Part shown: one piece after another, positions 23,542 through 64,000 of the stretch
Layout of the letters: every line of letters starts with the position of its first letter
Position numbering within the stretch: position 1 is the first letter of the stretch
DNA from: Amoebidium appalachense
Lineage: Eukaryota; Protista; Ichthyosporea
Length of the DNA: 64,000 bases
Reading direction: 5' to 3'
Assembly (NCBI GenBank): GCA_963693365.1
Contig: CAVNZM010000015.1
Coordinates: 4,347,502-4,411,501, forward strand
The notes under the pieces: generated by a model
Databases searched by the model: none
Told to the model about the DNA's origin: nothing
Seen by the model: the letters and a program-made list of their open reading frames with translations, nothing else
Position numbers and translations under genes: made by a program

Positions 23542-23644
23542 TGAGGATGGGCTCTGCTTATTATGCATACTCTTTATGTATGGTTTGCATTCTGCATCGT
23601 GTTATCCGTTGTTCTTGTGTACTTCGTACTTTATGACGCATTCA

Positions 23645-23647
<3 letters not shown>
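23542..23647 (+). mobile_element. Dispersed repeat family A copy
   Basis: CTGAGGATGGGCTCTGCTTATTATGCATACTC...GTACTTCGTACTTTATGACGCATTCAAA followed by poly-C; near-exact reverse complement of 36619-36723. Confidence 0.75.
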
Positions 23648-23683
<36 letters not shown>

Positions 23684-23829
23684 CTTCTCCCTCCCCGTTA
23701 CCTGACAACATAGTATTGACACCTAGACAGTCTGGAAAATAAGCCTTTTTCATACATCGACACGACTCAACTAAGATAATTACCACCTTGCGGCCATAAA
23801 CACCACACACATGTTGTTGCATTCGTGGT

Positions 23830-24073
23830 ATATGCTAATATTAGATGGAATGGGATAGTATTAATATTAGATGGATTGGGATATCCTAATATTAGATGGA
23901 ATGGGATAGTATTAATAATAGATGGATTGGGATATTACTATTATTATATGGATAGGGACATACTAATATTAGGTGGAAAGGGATATACTACACAATGTTA
24001 GACGGAATGGGATATACTAATGTTAGACGGAATGGGATATACTAGTATTAGATGCAACGGGATATACTAGATG
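23830..24073. repeat. ~25-bp degenerate tandem repeat (TACTAATATTAGATGGAATGGGATA-like)
   Basis: About 9 visible units with substitutions. Confidence 0.85.
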
Positions 24074-24614
24074 CAATGCACACAGACACACACCCAAACA
24101 CCGTGACATCGCTACACAAGGGGAGGGAGAAAAGGTAGTATCTGAGGTAGTCTGGTTCGAGCTGGTAACAACATGTAGTGTCTTGTGAATGCCTGTTCAA
24201 AAATCTAGAAGCTACCTCAACCACCATCCCACCGGTCCCCCCCCCCCCCTTCTCCGCCGCCGGCCAGGGCCCCCCACAGTTAAATATCACTCTGTCTGCA
24301 TGTACACGCGTGAAATTCAATGACTGGTGCCTCTTCATTTAATGGGCTCTGCTTGTGGTGCATAGAGCTCTGTGTGTGTGCTCTGGAACATCTGTGTCGT
24401 GTTGTCTGTCGTGAATGTCTAGTTTGTACATGTACACTGTAACACATTGCATATCCCCCCCCCCCCCCCACAAACCAACCATCACCACCACCACGAGAAA
24501 AAAAAAACAAACAAAAAAAAAATGAATGGCAATGATTGAATCAGATTCCCTGCTGATGGGCTCTGTCCCATTATGTAAACACGTGCAACAGCTCTGACTG
24601 CACTTTTTTTTTTT

Positions 24615-24685
<71 letters not shown>

Positions 24686-24762
24686 TTTGCTACCATGCAT
24701 GCTTGACCCTCTGATGTATACATAAAGATCTACCGTCCCACCTCCGCTCGAGCTCCTCCCCC

Positions 24763-24806
<44 letters not shown>

Positions 24807-25055
24807 ACCTGGCCCCTGCTCCCCCAGTTCCCTCTTTAATAGTTCAGTGAAATCTCCCCCCCCCCCTACACACATCCAACCAATCAACCACCACCACCCT
24901 TCAGCACCCCACCCCTCCCTCCCTCTGAGTCAAGGCATGGTCGACCTGACTTGACACATTTTTTTTTTTTTTTTTTTTTTTTTTTACGGGGGGGGGGGGG
25001 GGGGGGGGGGGGGGAGAGGGGGGGGGGGGGGGGGGGGGGGGGGGAGTTGCCATAG

Positions 25056-25173
25056 TGCCAGCTGCCGTACATTAGTATTAAAAGAATCTGAGCCCCCCCC
25101 CCCCCCCCCCGGGGGGGGGGGGGGGGGGGGGGGGGGCTCAGATTCTTTTAATACTAATGTACGGCAGCTGGCA
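25056..25173. repeat. Perfect inverted repeat (37-bp unique arms around a poly-C/poly-G centre)
   Basis: TGCCAGCTGCCGTACATTAGTATTAAAAGAATCTGAG-(C)n(G)n-CTCAGATTCTTTTAATACTAATGTACGGCAGCTGGCA. Confidence 0.95.
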
Positions 25174-25398
25174 ATTAATGGCACACCCTCCCCCCCCCCC
25201 CCCCCCCCCCCCCATCACACCATCATACACACACATGTACAGTCATGCACAGCCCACACGCACACATACATACGGACACGCGTGCACACACCGTAGCATG
25301 CACGTGTACACACAGCACAAGGTGCACACATATACCGACACGCACAGACACACGCACACACGCAAACACACACACACACACACACAGACACAGACACA

Positions 25399-25474
<76 letters not shown>

Positions 25475-26091
25475 GACTCTGTGCATGCACAGCTACGCCT
25501 GATGTTTAGTCCCCACTGTCTCAGTCTTGACTTCAGTCAGCCTGCCGGCAATCCCAAGAGCGGCTTTTTATTGTGTCGGTAGTCCTGAAAGTGTATTGGT
25601 GATCATTCCCGGAAAATTTTATTGTACCGATAATCATGAGTTCGAGGAGAGGAAAAAAGGGGGGGGGGGGAATAAAAAAAAATAAAACCTCCTAGAAAGC
25701 CCACGAAAATCCAATGATTTTCACAAACAAAACACCCCATTCTAGCTAAATATAGACCTTCATTCAACCGTGTAAAAAGCACATTCTAAACAGTGACATC
25801 AATTTTATATTCAGATATTCGTCAAATTCTCAGGTATGTCACCCCTGGATGACAGAAGGGTAAGCCCAACATGAACACAAGAACACGCATCAAGAGTGCC
25901 ATGGATATCTCCAGTATATCTAAAAACCGTTGGTCTAGACATGCCTGCTGGGGAAAAAAAAGAAGATACAAAAAAAAAGAGGCCAGCTCGAAATATCTCA
26001 CATACCACACACAGAAACACACACGCACACGCACACACACACGCACACGTGCGCGCGCGCACACACACACTCTCTCTCTGCACAAACACAC

Positions 26092-26173
<82 letters not shown>

Positions 26174-26471
26174 CTATCTCTCTCTCTCACACTCACTCAC
26201 CCTGAACAAACACACCCATAGAGACAGCTAAATTGAGAGGCAGAGAGACAGAAAGAAGAGACAGAAGACGTGCAAGCCCCTTGTGTGTATCATACATCCA
26301 CTCACTCAATCCCACTTTTTCCTTCATTTTTTGTTTAATACCAGCTTTTCTTCAACTCCACTTTTTCTTTAATCATCCCATTTTTTTGTTTAATCCCACT
26401 TTCTTTAACTCCAATTTTTTATTAATAATACCATTTTTTCGTTTTCCCAGTTTTTCTTCACCACTTTTTCT

Positions 26472-44480
<18,009 letters not shown>

Positions 44481-44601
44481 ACTAAAGTTGTATCACTACA
44501 TTACTACTTTACTGCACTAGTGACTGTAGTACTTTTTTGAAGCTGTGTGCTGTGTTACTTTCACACAGGGATGTTTTGTTTTCACATTTAGCGCAATATA
44601 T

Positions 44602-44667
44602 TTTCGCGCCAAAAAATAATCACCAGCCAATCGAATCGCGCCAGTGTGCCACGGCCCTCGGGCCAAT
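44602..44667. promoter_or_regulatory. E2F site (TTTCGCGCCAAA) plus two CCAAT boxes upstream of the MTBP-like gene
   Basis: TTTCGCGCCAAA at 44602-44613 (overlapping inverted E2F sites as in the mammalian DHFR promoter); CCAAT at 44627 and 44663; ~120 bp upstream of the tentative ATG at 44480, in a microsatellite-free zone. Confidence 0.6.
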
Positions 44668-47186
44668 CGGCACGGCCGCCTCGAAAATTCTCTTTTAACT
44701 TTCTATTGTTAGTAACACCCTTACATTTTGGTAGCATCAATATCCCCTGCTGTGAGAGGGCCGTGGCCCTTGGGCATGCTCCCTAAACCCAATGGAATGC
44801 AATACTGCTATGTCCACCCGATCACTACGAAACACCACTACAATAATTTGGTTGTATTGTTAAGATGACTCCTTTTTTGAATACACGAATGCACAGAGCT
44901 ATAAACTCAGGGAAATGCGTTACAGTTATATTTCTTCTGGCATGGTAGTTTGACATGCCATGGCCTAGAAAAAAGTCACTTGATAAAAACGTTTTATTTA
45001 TTCTCGTCACGCTGTTGGCCAATCAAAACGGACTTGCTAACATGCTCATGCGACGACCCCGTGCACCAGCGGTATATAGGATTATAGTAGTGCCACCTTA
45101 CTTGCAGTGCCTTGTGCTCTCGTATAGCTACCGTGCGGCCTTCAATATGCTTTTTCGTTGAAAAAACAAAATGTTTACTCTTACTGATTTCCCTTATGAA
45201 TATAATTTTTTCAACTAGATCTATTATATTTGTGTGAGAGCTATTTGTGTGCCGTGACACGCCTGTGGACACTGTACCATCTGAGTCACATGATGTACCG
45301 TTCATCCGTACACGTACCCCCGAAGACGCGGGTCCGGCGCATGAGCCACTTGGTGTCGCCGCCGGGTGCCGGCTATATGAGCTATGGCAAGACTAATGGG
45401 GGGCTCATTGGTTCGCACCAATTTGCCTCTTTTTTTTTTCTTTTGACTGGATTTATTCGACGGAAAGATTTGCAAGTATGCACGGCATACTGTGAGAAGA
45501 CAAAAAAAACTTCACGAGTTATCCAGTAACAAGTGCATACTGAGATACCAGAACACTGTGTGAAAATCATATAAATACTCATGTGACGACCACACAGAAT
45601 TCAACAAAAAGTCTAAAGTGTTCACATTGCCAGCCAGTGTAGCAGACACCCGTAGGGAAAGAGGAAAAACGCGACATACAAACTCACACCTATCAACATG
45701 CTTTCGATGAAAAAGTTCAGCACAAAAGGCGATGGAAACAAGAATTACAACGCCACTGCACAACTTCCCAGGCAATATCAACATCAGAGCACCATACAGA
45801 CTTATCTACTAGGGTGGTATCCATACGTACAGCAGGAGAAATGTATCCTGCCAAAGCTCCCAAAAAGGGATAATGATAAGTTACTGTACGGACCGTGAAT
45901 TGCCCGAGGAACATATTACACATGCCGACTGAATTTTACCTTTGATTTCTCTATGAGAACGAGAAAGAAACTTATACTGCGTATGGTAATAACTCGAAAA
46001 GGCAGAAAAAACAGGAAGAGAAAAGAAAGAGGGAGTGAGATATCGAGAGGAAGGATCGGGTTGAAAGAGGGTAGGCTGAGGACAACAGAATTGGCGTTGG
46101 TGAATCGGGGGGGGAAGAGGGATGGAGGGAGGGGGGGGAAAGAAAGCATAAAGACGGTGACCATCAGGTATCCTAATTTTTGTGCTTTCTTCAATTTAAA
46201 CCCTTCAATTTTTCCGAAATTTTTGGAAGCGAAAATTATTTTGAATTTTGAAAGCGTACTAGAGGTCTATTCAGACTACAGTAAAATATCAATTGTAACA
46301 ACCTAATAAATATAAACGTCATAGAGTCAAACAAGCATTTATTTCTTTACACTTCATCTACAAAATAGTTTTTTGCTGTGAAGTAAATAAAATTTGCAGA
46401 AAATAAAAAACAAATTGCAGAACTCTATGGCCCGTAGATAGATCATGGGAGATTCAAGGTGCTGATTCCAACTTGGCACTGGCAGCCGCGTGACCGCGCC
46501 GCCGGCGCTGGCGTTGGGAATTCGGAAAGGCTTTCTCCTCCCAAGGCTTATCAACGTTTTTTTCACATAACATGACAATAGTGTCTATGCGCTTGTATGT
46601 GCTATCTATGTTTATAGCTGGGTGAGGTTTAACTCTAACACCCTAGCGAAATTACACGTAGCAACGACTGTGGCTTGAAGTTTTCTTCAGTCACCAGACT
46701 ACGACTCAGTTTACTGCGTACTGAATTTGAATTGATCGTACTACTAGGCTAAGGCAGTCTTTGGTTTCATTATTAGTAAAAGCGGGTGGCACTATTCCTA
46801 AGTCTTCGGGGCCGTAACTGAAGTAGAAGTTATAGGTATGTGGCACATGAACTACCGATGTTTCTCTGCAAAGTGCAGACATGGTCACTATAGTGTGTGA
46901 ATTTGACACGGTTAGGGATTTATCGTCACTGTGACAAGCAGCAGCTACAAAATTTGGGAAGCTCACTGTACGAACAAACAAACAAAAAAAATAACTGAAC
47001 CTTGACTTCGTATTCGCAAGAATGCCAACCCTACCGGTCACTGAGACTCACTTTGGCAGCACCAGTTAGAATATAACCAAATTAGACACTGTGGCACGAC
47101 TATATAATTAGTTTTAAATACACATTTAAGTTCATGACCCCTCTTAGTTATCCGTCTTGAAGCTTCAGGGCTACATTGAACCAAAC

Positions 47187-60112
<12,926 letters not shown>

Positions 60113-60322
60113 TTGGCTCCCTGGTCGTATAATTTACACGCAATCCTACCCACCTTGATTACCCTTTTGCTTAGAACGAAGTGATTGGTTGGGTTTCTGC
60201 ATGTGTTTCGTAGTTGTATTTTCGTATGGGCCACCTTTCGTATGCATTCGTTTCCCTATACCCCCCCCTCTCCCCTCCCAGCCACCCTTTGTGTGTGTGT
60301 GTGTGTGTTGGGGGGGGGGGAA

Positions 60323-60354
<32 letters not shown>

Positions 60355-60415
60355 GCAAAAGTTTGCATGACCTTTCCCCAAATGCACACACATTCACGCT
60401 CACAGACACTCACGG

Positions 60416-60482
<67 letters not shown>

Positions 60483-61016
60483 GCTCCCTTCCTCATAAGA
60501 CCACTTCTTCCATTCTCCTCCCTCCCCCCCTCCCCACCTCCCTTTTGGTGGATTGAGTTTCATTTTATCTGTCTTGTGTTGTATGTTCAAACTACATATC
60601 GAATATATGCTCTAATTAGGTCGTATTATGAATGTTTATGCTGTGTGTTCGTGATGAGATATCTGTTTCAACGCGTATGAATCGAAACATATCACGTAAA
60701 GTGCAAGTTGTTGCAATATCTTTCATGATGTAATTGCACGTTCAATATTTGGAGCACGACGCGAAGTTAACATATGTATCGCTTCTACCTATCTTAACAT
60801 ATAATAACCTCACCTATGAATATAATTGTCTAATTCTGGGCCTTCCGCTGATGTCAAATTTGTGCATGAGGAAGAAGGAAAGTATATTATTCTTTCCCGA
60901 GCGCTCGGCCCCGATATATTGTGTAGTGTTGAAATATGATGGGAAATAAAGAGGCTGTTCATTCAGATGTCCTTTGAGAGTTAATTAAGTGAAAAACAGG
61001 CGCGGCTTGCACACAG

Positions 61017-61085
<69 letters not shown>

Positions 61086-61374
61086 CGTGTGTCCGTGTCT
61101 TTTTACGTGTCTGTGCTCATGCAATGACTTGTTTGTAACTGTGTACCCACTGAAACAGGTTCAATGATGCATTGTTAACGTCCCAAATTTTTAAACAATA
61201 ATGTAACAGTTGTGAAAAAAGTCTCTACACATGTACAGTTCTGCGAGAATTTTCTGCGGATTTCCTTTGGATTTTGTTTGATTCCGGTTACTGAGGCATA
61301 ATGGAAGGCCACTTGTGACGGGGGTTTCAGTGTGTGTGCGGCTAAGTAGGTAGTGGGTACTGTAGCATGCCTGC

Positions 61375-61457
61375 TCTGTTATGCATACACTCCTCCTCCT
61401 CCTCCTCCTCCTCAGGAGGAGGAGGAAGAGGAGGAGGAGGAGTCTGTTATGCATACA
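61375..61457. repeat. (CTC)n/(GAG)n fold-back flanked by 15-bp direct repeats
   Basis: TCTGTTATGCATACA at 61375-61389 and 61443-61457 brackets a 53-bp near-palindrome. Confidence 0.85.
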
Positions 61458-61578
61458 GCCACTAGCATTAGGTTTGTCTGTTTTCTGTTTTTGAAAAACC
61501 TACCCACCCCCCCCCCCCCCCGGGGGCCCCCTCCGGCCCCTCCCCCCCCCATATTGGGGTAGTGGTGGTGGTGCGGGG

Positions 61579-61631
<53 letters not shown>

Positions 61632-61818
61632 CATTGTGTGTGACATTGTGTGTGTGTGTGTGAGCACGTATGCACCTGCATGGTGTCAAGTATGTCTGGT
61701 GAATGTGTGCATGCTGGTGGGTTGGTGTGGCGGCTGCCCCGTGCGTGTGCACTTCCTTCAATCTGTGCTTTTCTGTTGAATGGTTGAACTCATGTGGATA
61801 TCGTGCACATACACTTTC

Positions 61819-61850
<32 letters not shown>

Positions 61851-62194
61851 ATTTCCCCCACACATGGACACATACACAAATTAAACCTTCTCCCCCCACC
61901 CGCCCGCTCAAGGTTGGTAATGGCATTGCCCCCATTCCCTTCCCCTCCCACGCCCTTTGGGGGACGTGAAGTCTTTTTAAATAGAGCTTACAGTAGCCAA
62001 ACACGTACGGTTTAGATGAAATCCGGTTGCAAAATATACTTGAAATAACACAAGGAAGCAAAATCCTGAAATATGATACCGTAAAGGCTTAGCGTGCTCT
62101 GCAAGTTCCCGCCCTACGGACACAATCATACATATATGCCCCCACTTTGCACAGACCGCACGGGATATGTACGCATGTCTCCACCACACACACA

Positions 62195-62225
<31 letters not shown>

Positions 62226-63540
62226 GCACACACACACACACACCGTGACACACACACACACACACACACATGCACATGTATTCGTACATCATACGGTACA
62301 CACACACGTATATACACACACCGTGACGCACACATGCTCACACGCACACGGGCACAATATCATTGCGACCAATAATACACATACAGTAAATCTACCAAAT
62401 CTCAATAAACCTGTGTTTAGTAATTAAACAACTTGAACCCGCGTCACACACTATTATTGTCTTTATCGGCCAGAGCTGCAGTCAAACAACATATACCCAA
62501 CTTAGTAACACGGCTACGTGTACATGATTTAACCCAATCACCCCTCGTAACAAAGGTCACAGTAACCCTCCCCCCTCCCCCCTCCCATCCCCCCCCCCCC
62601 CCCCCCCCCCCTCGGCAGGCCCGCGCAGGGAAGTTCTTAGTTTCCAAGTTAATATAAATGGGGTTTACACACTTTTTATTGCGTGGACACTGCCGGAGGC
62701 CCAGCCACATTCGACGGCCTACTGCGTTTTCCAGCACAGCCAATCAAATGCAGCCAGTGACATATGTACATGCTAGGCAACAATGAGCGCCATCGTAGTA
62801 TCTGACACCCCTATTACATATTATGGGTAAGCAGAGGCTAGCATCGGTAGCTCCGAAAGAAAGTTAAGGCACCGGATCACAATATCATACTGTGCAGCAT
62901 TAAGGTGATCTAGGATAGTCATCTTAAAACGGATATATTGAGGAAGAGAGGAAATATAAATATAATATAATGGCTTTAATATAATGGCTTAGTTTTAAAA
63001 ATCATGAGATATAATGTACTCATCCAGGTTGTATGCCATGCTATTTGTTAGGCAGCAAGATGATCACTTAACGAAGAAAAAAACCGCACAAAAACACGGG
63101 AAAATATCTGTACATTTGTCACTTTAGCCTAAGGGAAAACACCGGCATATTGACAGAAATTATGTGCAATGACCCAAAATCGAGGGTTTGGTTGAAATTA
63201 CATAACTGTTGCCGCCATATTAGACTACACATATTCATATTATTTTTAATATCTTCCATTTATCGCTGTCCCTATAACAATTAGTTAATCTCACGGGGCT
63301 CATTTGGCAGGCGCCGTTGGATTGGCTCTTTGGAAAGAGAGACGGCCCCCGTCCACGTCGTTCATTGGAGGAAGATCATGTGGAGCTGTTTTGATTGGCT
63401 GCCAATGCCTGCAGCTGCTCGATGCATCGTTGTACCAGCGGTCTGTGATAATAAGCCAATGGTGTGAGATCAGTAAGTGATAGTGTTTTTCGTGGTCTAA
63501 CATAATGGTTTAAGGGGGGGAGGGGGGGGGAGGGGGGGGA

Positions 63541-63819
63541 GGGGGGAACCAGAAGGTTTTGGTGGAGATTTATTATCCATTATCCATGCCTGATCTATTT
63601 TGCCAATATGCGCGCACGCGGAGGGGGGGAGGGGGGGGGGAGGGGGGAACCAGAAGGTTTTGGTGGAGATTTATTATCCATTATCCATGCCTGATCTATT
63701 TTGCCAATATGCGCGCACGCGGAGGGGGGGGAGGGCGGGGGGGAGGGGGGAACCAGAAGGTTTTGGTGGAGATTTATTATCCATTATCCATGCCTGATCT
63801 ATTTTGCCAATATGCGCGC
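63541..63819. repeat. 3 x ~100-bp tandem repeat with variable poly-G spacers
   Basis: GGAACCAGAAGGTTTTGGTGGAGATTTATTATCCATTATCCATGCCTGATCTATTTTGCCAATATGCGCGC is identical in three copies. Confidence 0.95.
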
Positions 63820-63967
63820 GTGTGTGTGTGTGTGTGTGTGTGTGTTTGTGTGTGTGTGCGTGCGCGAGTGTGTGGTTGTGCACTGTGGTATGTGCGTGTG
63901 TGCATACGTATGGTGATGATGGTTGGGGGGGGGGGGGTGGTTGTGGTTGTGGTTTTCTTTTTTTTTT

Positions 63968-63998
<31 letters not shown>

Positions 63999-64000
63999 GG

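Noticed and set aside
23542-23560. CTGAGGATGG as a hammerhead ribozyme core (Penelope/retrozyme-like)
   Set aside because: No stem II followed by GAAA could be found in any copy.
63541-63819. Regularly spaced repeats as a CRISPR-like array
   Set aside because: The spacers are poly-G rather than unique sequence, the context is eukaryotic, and no cas genes are present.

Overview
Eukaryotic nuclear DNA, extremely rich in microsatellites and homopolymers ((CA)n, (GA)n, poly-G/poly-C), so almost all entries in the ORF track are low-complexity artefacts. Manual splicing reveals five protein-coding genes: (1) a DENND5-like Rab-GEF gene (minus strand, ATG 10513, at least 9 exons, running off the left edge); (2) an intronless RGS-domain gene (+18397..19629); (3) an intronless, divergent casein kinase II beta gene (+21707..22483); (4) a ~19-exon MTBP/Sld7-like replication-initiation gene (minus, ~44480..26472) with a DHFR-type E2F site and two CCAAT boxes upstream; (5) a 12-exon bHLH-PAS transcription factor (+47187..60112). 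The gene set suggests an opisthokont, possibly a unicellular holozoan such as an ichthyosporean (inference only). The most unusual signals are a strand-polarised intron architecture (poly-C just after weak or GC donors, (CA)n before acceptors), a dispersed ~270-bp element with a fixed poly-C-abutting end that lies sense to host genes, and repeated local duplication of splice-site regions. All family assignments come from remembered motifs, not database searches.
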